From a virus, in the IMG/VR virus record IMGVR_UViG_3300045988_159500, positions 1 through 36,104 of that record: a stretch of DNA of 36,104 nucleotides, one strand, 5' to 3'. Of the stretch, positions 25,835 to 36,049 are shown piece after piece. The notes under the pieces were generated by a model. The model was not told the origin of the DNA. It saw nothing but the letters and a program-made list of their open reading frames with translations, and did no database searches. How positions within the stretch are numbered: the first letter of the stretch is position 1; every line of letters begins with the position of its first letter. A program made the translations under genes and the position numbers.

Positions 25835-26374
25835 ATGTCATTAAGTTTATTAGATGGTAATAATCAATTTAATCGTGAGGACCATATAACAATGTTCAAT
25901 GCAAATATCACTTCATGTGATGAGAGTGGTATTGTTTATGGTGAAACACCTTCATGGGTCCCATTTGGCGAGGATAATGATGAAATTACTCGTGAAATGA
26001 ACAACGAAATAGAATCGAAGAAAAATGTACTTGGTAAGAATAAAATCGACCATACAAAAGGCGCTGATACAACAGAAATAGATCCTATTGCAATCCGTGG
26101 TAATGATACTTTATCAAAAATACTATATATGATGTTTAAATATGGTTTAGTTGGAGATAAAGCAAAATTACAATGTATGGAAGTTACTTTAGGTGATAAA
26201 CAAACTGATGGTTCTTATGGTGCATTTACTGAAGATGCAGTAGTTGATTTGAAGAGTTGGGGTGGAGATACAACAAAAATCAATGCACCTATAACTTTAA
26301 ACTGGAAAGGTAACAAAACACACGGAACATTTAATGCCACAACAAAAACATTTACAAAAACAACAGAAGCATAG
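25835..26374 (+). CDS. Major tail protein (by position)
   Basis: 179 aa. Last gene before the chaperone pair and tape measure. Followed by a terminator, as is common after highly expressed tail tube genes. Confidence 0.5.
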   Translation: MSLSLLDGNNQFNREDHITMFNANITSCDESGIVYGETPSWVPFGEDNDEITREMNNEIESKKNVLGKNKIDHTKGADTTEIDPIAIRGNDTLSKILYMMFKYGLVGDKAKLQCMEVTLGDKQTDGSYGAFTEDAVVDLKSWGGDTTKINAPITLNWKGNKTHGTFNATTKTFTKTTEA

Positions 26375-26405
26375 AAGGGGGCATTTAAGCCCTCTTTATT
26401 TTTAA
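26374..26405 (+). terminator. Rho-independent terminator (GGGGGC/GCCCTC stem + T-run)
   Basis: Read directly from the sequence. Confidence 0.45.
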
Positions 26406-26424
26406 TTTTTATAGGAGGAAAATT

Positions 26425-26898
26425 ATGAGTTTAATAGTAAAAAATAAGTTTGTAGTTGAAGATATCATAGATGAAAAAGGTATGAAAATCGGGGAATTAA
26501 AGTTTAATCCAAGTGATAGTAGAATAATGAATAAATTATCACAAATTATCACAGATGCCACAAGCTCTATGAATAAAATAAAAAATATTGGAAATGTAGC
26601 AGATCTATCTAATAAAAAATTAGAAACAATAGAAGATTTTGAAAATGTGCAATCCGATATAGAAAAAATTTGCAAGGGTATTGATATTGAATCTGAGTTG
26701 ATAGACAGAATATTTGCAAATTTAAATGAGGTATTTGGTAAAGAAACAATAGAAATATTTACTGGTGGTACACAAGATATTGATTTGTTAATACCACTTT
26801 TGGAATTTGTTATGCCATATGTTAAAGAAGCAAGACAAAAAGGTGTAAACAAGTATATAAAAAATAATAAATTAGAAGAATTTGATGTGTTAGAATGA
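26425..26898 (+). CDS. Tail assembly chaperone (by position)
   Basis: 157 aa, acidic, upstream of the tape measure. Confidence 0.45.
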   Translation: MSLIVKNKFVVEDIIDEKGMKIGELKFNPSDSRIMNKLSQIITDATSSMNKIKNIGNVADLSNKKLETIEDFENVQSDIEKICKGIDIESELIDRIFANLNEVFGKETIEIFTGGTQDIDLLIPLLEFVMPYVKEARQKGVNKYIKNNKLEEFDVLE

Positions 26899-27467
26899 GC
26901 AACATATTAACAACTAATTTACCAAAAAAAATAAGAATAAATGGTAATTTGTATGATATTAATTATGATTATAGAACAGTAATTAATATTTTAATAGCAT
27001 TTGAAGATGAAAATCTAACTCAATATGAAAAACTTTATATAATGGTTAAAAATTTATATAAAGATGATATTTCTGATGACGAATTTGCAGAAGCATGTGA
27101 AAAGGCGATAAGGTTCATAGATTGTGATAAGAAATATACAACAAAAACATCAGATAAGCGAATTTATTCTTTTGAAAAAGATGGTGGATACATTTTTAGT
27201 GGAATTAATTCTACACACCATATTGATATAGAAGAAAAAAGAGATTTGCATTGGTGGAAATTTATGGATTTCTTTATGGATATGAATCCAGATTGCATGT
27301 TTGGAGAGATAACTTATTATAGAACAAGAAAAAATGAAGGTAAGTTAACAGATGAAGAAAAAAAGCAATACAGAAAGATAAAAGATATTATTGATTTAGA
27401 AGATTCAAAACCTCGTGAACAATCGGAAGCAAGAAAACAATTCTTTGAAGAATTTTATAAAAAATAA
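26895..27467 (+). CDS. Tail assembly protein (by position)
   Basis: 190 aa, ATGA-coupled to the upstream gene. Its frame is the same as the tape-measure frame. Confidence 0.45.
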   Translation: MSNILTTNLPKKIRINGNLYDINYDYRTVINILIAFEDENLTQYEKLYIMVKNLYKDDISDDEFAEACEKAIRFIDCDKKYTTKTSDKRIYSFEKDGGYIFSGINSTHHIDIEEKRDLHWWKFMDFFMDMNPDCMFGEITYYRTRKNEGKLTDEEKKQYRKIKDIIDLEDSKPREQSEARKQFFEEFYKK

Positions 27468-27740
27468 AAATAAGGAGGTGTTATATGTCTGGCTATTAAA
27501 AGAGAAGTAGTTGTAGATACAAAATTAAAATACGAAAAAATACAAAAAGACTTTAAAAATCTTGAAAAAGATACTGAAAGTTTAATTAATAAATATAACA
27601 AGTCGGTTGATTCGATAAAAAAACAAGAAAATGCACTTGATAAAGTAAAAGCAAAATATGAAGAATTAAAAGTCTATGCTGATGCGGGCGTCTTAAAAAC
27701 AAGTGGAAAACAAAAAGAATATATAGATACTATTCATCAA

Positions 27741-29432
27741 ATGGATTCTATGAAAGGGAAATTAAAAGATACTAAGGCAGAAGCAAATCATTTAAAAGAT
27801 GAGATACAAAAATCTTTGAAAGCAAAATTAATAAAAAAATATGGTGAAGGATTTGCCGATCTATGTGAGAAAACAGATTCATTTAAATCGAAAATGACTA
27901 AACTCATATTAACTGTAGCAGTGTTAAATCTTATCAGAAATAAATTATCTGATATGCGAAACGGGTTTGTTAATTTGCTTAAATCTAATACTGAATTTAG
28001 TAACAGTTTAGGTAGAATAAAAGCAAATTTAATGACTGTCTTTGCACCAATATACAACGCTTGCTTGCCTGCGATTAATACATTAATGACAGCACTTTCT
28101 AAGTTGACTGGTACAATTGCAATATTTGTATCGGGTTTATTTGGAAAAAGTATTGAAGACACACAAAAAGATGCGAAAAAGTTATCTAAACAATTAGATA
28201 ATGTAGGCAAAAGCGGAAAGAAAGCAAGTGGTTCTCTTGCAAGTTTTGATAAACTAGAAGTTTTATCGGATAACTCTTCAAGTGAAAGCACATCGGGTAG
28301 CAATGCTGTTGTGCCTAATTATAATAGCGAAATTCAATTTAGTGAAAAACTATTAACCGTATTAAATAAAATCAAAGATTTTATTGTTGAAAACAAGGAA
28401 CCGCTGGTAGCATTTTTAATAACTGTCATAGGTTTGATAGGTTTGATAAAATTAATAAGAATTATAAATGAGATAAATACAGTTACTGGTGTTTTAAAAC
28501 CACTTATGACATTCTTATCAGCACATGCTACTACAATAGGTGGAATACTTGCGATTGTGGGTGGTTTAATAATATTTATTGATGGTATTATTAGATATTT
28601 ACAAGATCCTACATGGGAGAACTTTGGAAAGATACTTTTAGGTGTAGGGGTTATTGCAGCAGGGGTATTTTTAATATTTGGTGGTTTCCCAGCACTGATT
28701 ACAGCTATTATAGGAATAATAATTGCTTTGGGATTAGCGATATACAAAAATTGGGAAAATATAACAGAAACTCTTGGAAAAGTTGGTGATTGGATATATG
28801 AACATATAATTAAACCAATCGCTGACTTTTTTGTTGGGCTATGGAATGGAATAATCGGAGGGGTCAAATCAACAGTGAACTGGATAAAAAGTGCTTTTTC
28901 CTCTATAGTAAGTTTCTTTTCGAATATTGTTTCTAAAATAGTAACGTTGTTTAGAAATATAGGTACAAAAGTTGGAAATGCCATTTCTGGAGCATTTAGA
29001 GTTGTAATAAATGGAATATTAGGTGCTATAGAAAGTATACTTAATTTTCCAATTAAATCAGTAAATAGATTAATTGGAGTTATTAATAAAGTTCCAGGAA
29101 TTAACATTGGTACATTACCAACATTTAATTTACCACGATTAGCAAAAGGTACTGTTATACCACCAAGACAAGAATTTGCTGCAATACTTGGAGACCAAAA
29201 ACACGGAACAAATATTGAAGCACCACTTGAAACTATCAAACAAGCAAATAGAGAGGTTATGCAAGAATTTTTAGGAACATTATCTAATTTAAATAATGGT
29301 GAAAGAGAGATTGTATTAAGAAACTTAACATTTGTATTACAATTTGGAACTGGTAATAATTTCCAAAAATTGGTAATAGACAGCATTAGATTATCGGAGA
29401 AAGAATTAGGAAGGCAATTGTTGCTTGCTTAG
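27741..29432 (+). CDS. Tail tape measure protein (true N-terminus probably near 27485)
   Basis: 563 aa from the first in-frame ATG. Coiled-coil N-part and hydrophobic central segments typical of TMPs. The frame is open from 27474 with a TMP-like coiled-coil translation but no ATG/GTG/TTG before 27741. Confidence 0.75.
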   Translation: MDSMKGKLKDTKAEANHLKDEIQKSLKAKLIKKYGEGFADLCEKTDSFKSKMTKLILTVAVLNLIRNKLSDMRNGFVNLLKSNTEFSNSLGRIKANLMTVFAPIYNACLPAINTLMTALSKLTGTIAIFVSGLFGKSIEDTQKDAKKLSKQLDNVGKSGKKASGSLASFDKLEVLSDNSSSESTSGSNAVVPNYNSEIQFSEKLLTVLNKIKDFIVENKEPLVAFLITVIGLIGLIKLIRIINEINTVTGVLKPLMTFLSAHATTIGGILAIVGGLIIFIDGIIRYLQDPTWENFGKILLGVGVIAAGVFLIFGGFPALITAIIGIIIALGLAIYKNWENITETLGKVGDWIYEHIIKPIADFFVGLWNGIIGGVKSTVNWIKSAFSSIVSFFSNIVSKIVTLFRNIGTKVGNAISGAFRVVINGILGAIESILNFPIKSVNRLIGVINKVPGINIGTLPTFNLPRLAKGTVIPPRQEFAAILGDQKHGTNIEAPLETIKQANREVMQEFLGTLSNLNNGEREIVLRNLTFVLQFGTGNNFQKLVIDSIRLSEKELGRQLLLA

Positions 29433-29443
29433 GGAGGAAAAAT

Positions 29444-29860
29444 ATGGACAAAATAAAAATAATAAATCCAAAAGATAGTACTGATTATTTTGAAATTCCT
29501 TGGGAGTGGTTGCCACAAGGGACACAAGGACCAACTTTAAATGATTTAGAAGCAACAGCGGAAAGAGGTAAATCGAGTGGTTATTTAAGCCGTGTTCGAT
29601 GTGCAGAAATACCTGCTGCAACACTAGATATTGATGAAAGATTAACTCAACAACAAATATATCCTATGTTAAAATTATTAAAATTAGTTAAAGTTAAAAT
29701 TTACTACTTTGAAAAATATTTAAATAAATTTGTTACAAGAGAATTTTATGCTAAAAAACCTAATCCTAAATATTGGGAAATTCCTGAAAATAACAATACA
29801 GATAATATAGTATATGACAAATTCACAATTGAATTTTCTGGTTACGGAGATGTTAATTAA
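29444..29860 (+). CDS. Distal tail protein-like (by position)
   Basis: 138 aa with a GGGAGGAAAAA RBS, between the TMP and the large tail-tip protein. Confidence 0.4.
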   Translation: MDKIKIINPKDSTDYFEIPWEWLPQGTQGPTLNDLEATAERGKSSGYLSRVRCAEIPAATLDIDERLTQQQIYPMLKLLKLVKVKIYYFEKYLNKFVTREFYAKKPNPKYWEIPENNNTDNIVYDKFTIEFSGYGDVN

Positions 29861-32355
29861 TGGAATATTCTAGTATAGAAACTAAAATGCTTCAATCTTT
29901 TGAGTATGAAACAACAGTAAATAATGATGGAAATATTTTAGGAATATGTGAATTAGGTAAAGCAAAAATTCAGTTAATAAATGAAAATAATAGTTATAGT
30001 ACATATAAGGATTCATGGATAAGTACACCTCATGGGTCCTTTTATATTTATGATGTGAAACCAGTACAAGAAAATGTAACTATAGAATTAAGTTGTTATG
30101 ATATCAAATATAAACTTGATACACCTTATGACAGCGCAAAACATACATTTCCATGCACGTTAAAAGAGTGGAGAAACTCTATATTTAATGATTGTGGTGT
30201 TACTTATGACAATACTGATTTTCCAAACAGTGATTTAACTTTGTCGGAAGAACCATATCTTGATGATGGAATTACTAATAGAAATGTAGTTGCTTTAATT
30301 GCACAAGCAGGAGCAAGCATTGTTATAACTGATAACCAAGATAAATTTTACTTTTCTTGGTTTAACGATACAATTCATAATGTTATAGATTGGCTAGAAT
30401 TAACTACCGAAAAAAATCCAACAAAATCTGTAAATTTTCTTGTTTTAAGTCGTGGTGATGCAGGTGATGATTACTATTATCCATTGACTATACCTGAAAA
30501 TAAAGTTGAATTTAAAATAGATAGTAATTATATACTTGATCCGCAAGATACTACGAGTGAAACTGATTTGAGAGCAACAACAATAATTCCATTATACAAT
30601 CGTATAAATGGTTTTTCTTATATTATTTATTCTATGAGAACCCAATTTATCGAAAATAAACTAACTTTAAAATTAGGCGATAAAATTAAATATAAAGATG
30701 TTTATGGAAATGAATTTACTTCTTATGTAATGAGTAAAAAAATCACCTGGCTAGGTGGTGATTTAACTGACTCAGATAATTACGAATTGATGATCTCAGC
30801 AAGCAAAATAAATGAAACATCAACTGAAGTGTCATATAAGAAAAAAGATGTTAACAAATCAGTTATAGAGTTATCAAGGAAAACTGATAAAGCAATGGGA
30901 ATAATAAAAGATGCAGTTAAAAAAGTTGATGATCTAACAGATTACATTAAGACAAAGCAAGAAACATCAAGCATAGAATTGCTTAAAACACCTGATAGTA
31001 CGGGCGCAATAAATAAATTATCAATTAAAAACTTCAATTTACAAACGTTGTATCCAGACATGGCATATCCATCTGATTATACTTATCCGGGCGTATTAAA
31101 CTTTTACACATTAATAATATCAAACGAAAAAGTTGTTTATAGTCCATCACTTCCAACAGCCAACAACCAAACTGAATTGTATAATGTCGGTGGAATTAGT
31201 GGTAAATTTTATCGATGTATTGATAATGTATGGACAGAAGAAACAAATTTAGACAATATAAAATTTATATATATTAATTCACCATTCCCGTTGCAAACAT
31301 TAACGACAACAACAGGTGATACTGTTTATGATGAGTTAATTTTTGAAGATAATCAAGTATCTATAATACAAAGATTAGATTATGATGAAGAAAATAATCT
31401 CGAAGTATTAGAAACACCAGTAACTTACAATTTGGGTGAAATGCTAGTACCAACTTTTGAAACTAATACTTATATTACGATGAAGTATTGGACTAATCTA
31501 AATTATGAATGTACATATATTGAAAAAAATGAGTTTACTTCTTCATTTACAACCAAAAATGAAACAAATGCTTTAATGAGTATTACGAATGAAATAAATT
31601 TAAAAGTTGAAAACAAATGTGGGAAAGATGAAGTAGTAAATCAGTTAAACATTAGTAAAGATTTAATTGAAATAAAAGGTAATAGATTTGTACTTGATGC
31701 TGACAATATCAAAATTGACAAATTTGGAAATATTTTATTGTCTAATGGAGCTAAGGTATTAGGTGAATATGGTTTACTTTCTTCAATAATAGTAGAGAGC
31801 AATATAATGTCGAGAAGCTTTATAGGTGGTAATATGATACTTCCTATGGGATATTCACAATATGAAGAAACTAGCAGTGGTTCAATAACGACGATAAAAG
31901 ATTCATTACAGTTACAATTTACAATTCCAAAAGGTTTTAAAATAATGAGTGCATTTATATTGTTAGAGCATATGCCAACAAAATATAAAGATGGTACAAC
32001 ATTAAAGTACACTGGTACATCAAAAAATCTAAAACTATATAGAGCAACTAATTATTCAGCCGGTACTTTTGTAATGGATATAACACGTTATGTAACTAAT
32101 AATAGTGAAATAAATTATTCAGAAGTTCCTAACGCTTTTGGAGTAAATGGATTTAGCGGTTCAAGTTCAGGTTATACAAGTAAACAATCAATAAATATAA
32201 AAGATTTTATAACAACTTCAGATACTGAAGATTCATTTAATATGTTCAAAATAGAAACTTCTAATTCATTAGTTACAAGTTTAGCCGCAATGTATCAAAA
32301 CACAGGAGCATGCAAAGCAACACTGATGATAATGGGATATTCTAGTTTTGAATAA
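29860..32355 (+). CDS. Tail tip / tail-associated (Tal-like) large structural protein
   Basis: 831 aa, immediately after the TMP and Dit-like genes. Size and position are typical of siphovirus Tal. Confidence 0.55.
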   Translation: MEYSSIETKMLQSFEYETTVNNDGNILGICELGKAKIQLINENNSYSTYKDSWISTPHGSFYIYDVKPVQENVTIELSCYDIKYKLDTPYDSAKHTFPCTLKEWRNSIFNDCGVTYDNTDFPNSDLTLSEEPYLDDGITNRNVVALIAQAGASIVITDNQDKFYFSWFNDTIHNVIDWLELTTEKNPTKSVNFLVLSRGDAGDDYYYPLTIPENKVEFKIDSNYILDPQDTTSETDLRATTIIPLYNRINGFSYIIYSMRTQFIENKLTLKLGDKIKYKDVYGNEFTSYVMSKKITWLGGDLTDSDNYELMISASKINETSTEVSYKKKDVNKSVIELSRKTDKAMGIIKDAVKKVDDLTDYIKTKQETSSIELLKTPDSTGAINKLSIKNFNLQTLYPDMAYPSDYTYPGVLNFYTLIISNEKVVYSPSLPTANNQTELYNVGGISGKFYRCIDNVWTEETNLDNIKFIYINSPFPLQTLTTTTGDTVYDELIFEDNQVSIIQRLDYDEENNLEVLETPVTYNLGEMLVPTFETNTYITMKYWTNLNYECTYIEKNEFTSSFTTKNETNALMSITNEINLKVENKCGKDEVVNQLNISKDLIEIKGNRFVLDADNIKIDKFGNILLSNGAKVLGEYGLLSSIIVESNIMSRSFIGGNMILPMGYSQYEETSSGSITTIKDSLQLQFTIPKGFKIMSAFILLEHMPTKYKDGTTLKYTGTSKNLKLYRATNYSAGTFVMDITRYVTNNSEINYSEVPNAFGVNGFSGSSSGYTSKQSINIKDFITTSDTEDSFNMFKIETSNSLVTSLAAMYQNTGACKATLMIMGYSSFE

Positions 32356-32382
32356 AAAATAAATTAAATAGGAGGAAAAAAT

Positions 32383-32537
<155 letters not shown>

Positions 32538-32541
<4 letters not shown>

Positions 32542-32915
32542 GTTTGAAAAATTACCCAGATATGACAACACCACTAAATGCAGAAAACTTAAAATTACAA
32601 CCAAAAACAGCAAAAACAATAAGTGATAACGATGTTTATAGTTGTAATTATATAAATGCTAATACAATTCCAATGATAAACTTTAGTGGAGATTTTAACG
32701 ATTATAAAGAAACCGCTATAGGTCAATGTCAAATGTCTGCTAATAAGCCACCAACGGATGCAAATTATTTTTATGGAACAGTAATAGCGATAAAGTTTGG
32801 AAGTGCTTATTGCAGTCAACTTGCAACCGATATTAACACTGGAAAAATGTATAATAGAGTATTAATAAATGGCAGTTGGACAGCATGGAAAGAAGTTCAG
32901 CTAAATGCTTTATAA
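32538..32915 (+). CDS. Tail fibre / receptor-binding protein paralog 1
   Basis: Conserved N-terminus NYPDMTTPLNAENLKLQ is shared with the two downstream paralogs. AAGAGG RBS 9 nt upstream of the ATG at 32538. Divergent C-terminus. Confidence 0.55.
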
Positions 32916-32948
32916 AAAAAATAGAGGGCAAGATTAAATGCCGAAAAT

Positions 32949-33476
32949 GTGGAAAAAATCAATTTTACAGATTATCCAAATACGGATAAACCTATCAATG
33001 CGGAAAATTTAAATCAAATGCAAAACAATATAGAAAACGAAATAAAAGAAAGCAGATTAAAAAGTGCTATATTAGTTGCATTAAGTGAAAATAAAAGTTT
33101 AACTGTTTCGACTGCGTGGAGTGATATTACAATACCATTTAACAAGGTTTTAAGAAAAATCGGAGATGGTTTTTCACTTAATACTTCAACAGGTACCATC
33201 ACAGCATCCGAAAATGTAAAAAATGTAAAAGTTACAATTGGAGTAAGGGTTAATAACAATATTTCGGGTAATGTATATCCAAGAATTTATAGCCAATCAG
33301 GAATTTCTAACTTTACAGGAAGTGGAGATAAAAATTCTGGTCAAATAAAAAATGAAACAATTGATAAATGTGATACTTCAAAAACTATTCAAGGTGGCTT
33401 TAGATGTAGTGCTACTGGCGAAGTGATAATTACTGGTTCAGAACAATATACTTATATGCTAGTAGAAGAATTATAA
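32949..33476 (+). CDS. Tail fibre / receptor-binding protein paralog 2 (GTG start)
   Basis: N-terminus INFTDYPNTDKPINAENLNQMQ. No in-frame ATG, so a GTG at 32949 is inferred. Confidence 0.5.
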   Translation: MEKINFTDYPNTDKPINAENLNQMQNNIENEIKESRLKSAILVALSENKSLTVSTAWSDITIPFNKVLRKIGDGFSLNTSTGTITASENVKNVKVTIGVRVNNNISGNVYPRIYSQSGISNFTGSGDKNSGQIKNETIDKCDTSKTIQGGFRCSATGEVIITGSEQYTYMLVEEL

Positions 33477-33507
33477 CTCATAGATTTAATTTAAATAACA
33501 AAATAAT

Positions 33508-33909
33508 ATGAAAGATTTTATAAATTATCCAAATAAAACAACACCATTAAATAGCGATAATTTAAAATTACAAGAAAGTGGTTCAAATGAAAATGGCAAT
33601 TGGATTAAGTATAGTGACGGTACTATGAAAACATACCAAAATGTGGATATTACATTATCTGTTACTGAAGCGTGGGGTGGAATATTTGTAGGAAATTATG
33701 CAACACCAATTAATTTTCCTCAAACTTTTAAAGAGCCACCAGAAGTGCTAATTGATTTAAAGTTTACTCAAGGTGCTGGTTGGCGAGTTGACTGGGATTT
33801 TCCTGTTATAACTAATTCCAGTATTAAAAATATTGGGGTTGGAAGAGGGACTTCTACTGATACGTCAAAATTTAAGGCCACAATTTTTGCAATAGGAAAA
33901 TGGAAATAA
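33508..33909 (+). CDS. Tail fibre / receptor-binding protein paralog 3
   Basis: N-terminus FINYPNKTTPLNSDNLKLQ. Divergent C-terminus. Confidence 0.5.
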   Translation: MKDFINYPNKTTPLNSDNLKLQESGSNENGNWIKYSDGTMKTYQNVDITLSVTEAWGGIFVGNYATPINFPQTFKEPPEVLIDLKFTQGAGWRVDWDFPVITNSSIKNIGVGRGTSTDTSKFKATIFAIGKWK

Positions 33910-33928
33910 TAAAGAAAGGATAAAGAAA

Positions 33929-34204
33929 ATGGAAAAAATAAAGAAGTATAAAGAAATATATGCATTTATTACAATAATCATTGGAATTTTATCTGGTGCA
34001 TTTGTGATTTTACATAATATTTTAAATAAATATGATGAAATACTAGATAATTTAAAAACAACACAACAAATGAGTTTAAAATCGGTTATATGGAATGATA
34101 ATATTCCACTAGCTGAAAGGTCATCTGCTTGTGACGTATATTTAAGTAATAGTTATAATAGTTTAACAAAAAAACATTGTGAAATGATTCTGAAGGAGGA
34201 ATAA
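33929..34204 (+). CDS. XhlA-like single-TM lysis-associated membrane protein
   Basis: 91 aa with one TM helix (AFITIIIGILSGAFVIL). Directly upstream of the holin, as in the PBSX xhlA-xhlB-xlyA lysis cassette. Confidence 0.35.
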   Translation: MEKIKKYKEIYAFITIIIGILSGAFVILHNILNKYDEILDNLKTTQQMSLKSVIWNDNIPLAERSSACDVYLSNSYNSLTKKHCEMILKEE

Positions 34205-34206
34205 TT

Positions 34207-34551
34207 ATGATTAAAATAATAATTGGTTTAGTAAGTGTTATGTTAGCAAATGTTTTACTAGGAGTAACACTTGCTAAGTTAAAACAAGAATTTAAAAAAG
34301 AAAAACTATTGAGTGGCTTAGTAAAATATTTGGGAATAATCTTAGGTGTATCACTTATGTATTTAACAGGTTATTTAAATCCGGATATTGTAGTTGCAAA
34401 TATAAATAACGTAGAAGTTAATTTAATGACTGGTATAGAAGTTTTATTTATTTCAGGTATAATTTACTATGGTATGCAAGATTTAATTAAATTGAAGAAT
34501 TTATTAGGATTATCAAACGATATTACTCCCACCGATGAAGGGAGAGGATAA
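34207..34551 (+). CDS. Holin
   Basis: 114 aa with three hydrophobic segments. Immediately upstream of the endolysin. Confidence 0.5.
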   Translation: MIKIIIGLVSVMLANVLLGVTLAKLKQEFKKEKLLSGLVKYLGIILGVSLMYLTGYLNPDIVVANINNVEVNLMTGIEVLFISGIIYYGMQDLIKLKNLLGLSNDITPTDEGRG

Positions 34552-34552
34552 A

Positions 34553-35431
34553 ATGCAAAGAGCGATATTTCCGATACTAAAAACTTGGGAAAGTCAATCT
34601 ATGTATACTGGTTCTCATACAGATACAAAGGCAATAGATTTTGGAGTTTTAAATCCATACAATGACAAAGAACTAAAAGCACCTTTCGATGGTAAAGTGG
34701 TACATGTGGATCCACAAAATCTGGGAGGAGGAATAGCATTCGAAAGTTTAAATAAAGTTAAGTATGTGAATGGTACAGAAGATCATATGACTTTGTGGAC
34801 AGGTCATGATAATAACCCGCCAAAAGTAGGTACTATATTTAGACAAGGAGAAGTATATTCCCACATGGGTACGGCTGGTGGTGTAGCAATACATTGTCAT
34901 TTAGAAGTACAAAAAGGTAAATTTAAAATGCCTACAAAGATTACTTCGCAAGGAGCATATTTATTAGATAATGCAGTAGAACCATTTAATGCTTTATTCT
35001 TAAATAAAGATGGTTTGATTAAATATAGTAAATACAAATGGACATCATTACCGAAAATAGAAGTAACGACAGTTGTAGAAAGAAATGAGAATATATCTCA
35101 AATAAGAGTAATAGTCGATAATTTGAGAGTTAGAGCAGAACATAGTACAAATAATAGTAGTGTAATCGGTTTTGTTCAAAATAAAGGTATTTATAATGAT
35201 TTAGAAACTTATAATGATGGAACTTATATATGGCATAGAATAGATAAAGAACAATGGATTGCTGATAATGGAGAGTGGTTAGAGGTACTACCAGTTACTG
35301 ACTACAAGAAATTATATGAAAGTAAGCTTAGTATGATTGAAAGTTTAAACAAACAAATTTCGACACAAAATGACACGATAAATAATTTAAATGAAAAATT
35401 AAGTAAAATTAATGAATTATCAAGAATATGA
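34553..35431 (+). CDS. Endolysin: M23 (lysostaphin-like) endopeptidase with C-terminal SH3b-like cell-wall-binding domain
   Basis: Motifs HTD...AIDF, GKVVHVD and G..G..G...AIHCHLE (HxH) follow the lysostaphin/LytM order. The ATG at 34553 has a GGGAGAGGA RBS, so the track start at 34535 is less likely. Confidence 0.65.
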   Translation: MQRAIFPILKTWESQSMYTGSHTDTKAIDFGVLNPYNDKELKAPFDGKVVHVDPQNLGGGIAFESLNKVKYVNGTEDHMTLWTGHDNNPPKVGTIFRQGEVYSHMGTAGGVAIHCHLEVQKGKFKMPTKITSQGAYLLDNAVEPFNALFLNKDGLIKYSKYKWTSLPKIEVTTVVERNENISQIRVIVDNLRVRAEHSTNNSSVIGFVQNKGIYNDLETYNDGTYIWHRIDKEQWIADNGEWLEVLPVTDYKKLYESKLSMIESLNKQISTQNDTINNLNEKLSKINELSRI

Positions 35432-35467
35432 AAACAAGTAGGGAATTAACTCTACTTGTTTTTTTTA
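35431..35467. terminator. Bidirectional rho-independent terminator between the convergent endolysin and HNH genes
   Basis: Stem AAAACAAGTAG/CTACTTGTTTT, loop GGAATTAACT, followed by T8. Confidence 0.6.
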
Positions 35468-35919
35468 TGCATATAAATATAATTCATGCCGAACACTCTT
35501 ATAAACTCTTCTTTAGTGCCTATATTCTTTTCAAAATAAGTTTGTGCTTTTACTTTCCAAAAATTTATATACTCATAGTTGTTAGTTATATCTCTATGAC
35601 ATTTTTCACACAAAGGTATTACAAAACCATATTTAATAGAATTGGATCTATTTCTTCCTGGAAAAAGTTCATGCTTGTCTATATGACCATAAATCGAGCC
35701 ACATTTGATACATTTAGATAGATTAGGTGTAAATATACTAAATCTATCTTTTTCTTTTCTAGAACGAGTTTTTGTTATTTTAGAAATAGATTTATAAGTT
35801 TTATATTCTTTACTATTACACTCTCGATAACATGTAAGAGATACATTTTGCTTTTTTAATGAACAATAGAAATAATAATGTCCTTTTTTGGATTTTTTTC
35901 TTAAGTATTTACAATTCAT
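35452..35919 (-). CDS. HNH-like endonuclease / zinc-finger protein
   Basis: 155 aa. CIKCGS...HIDKHELFPGRNRSN...CEKCH gives a CxxC...H...N...CxxCH HNH-type arrangement, plus an N-terminal Cys cluster. It is the only gene of the right arm on the - strand. Confidence 0.45.
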   Translation of the reverse strand: MNCKYLRKKSKKGHYYFYCSLKKQNVSLTCYRECNSKEYKTYKSISKITKTRSRKEKDRFSIFTPNLSKCIKCGSIYGHIDKHELFPGRNRSNSIKYGFVIPLCEKCHRDITNNYEYINFWKVKAQTYFEKNIGTKEEFIRVFGMNYIYMHKKNK

Positions 35920-36003
35920 ACTATCACCTCGATTTCACATCTAGATGACGACTAAAATGAATAATAAATATTACTAATGAGAGAGAATTACAAAGGTATA
36001 ATT

Positions 36004-36022
36004 CCTTATTTTATAAGGGTTT
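36004..36022. repeat. Third, partial copy of the att core (CTTATTTTATAAGGGTTT) 27 bp inside attR
   Basis: 18-19-nt identity with the internal palindromic part of the att repeat. Confidence 0.4.
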
Positions 36023-36049
36023 GTAAAATTTCAAGGGTGTATCTAACTT

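Noticed and set aside
26880-26900. Possible programmed -1 frameshift between the two tail-assembly genes upstream of the tape measure
   Set aside because: The genes overlap by ATGA with a normal start codon and no XXXYYYZ slippery heptamer, so simple translational coupling is sufficient.
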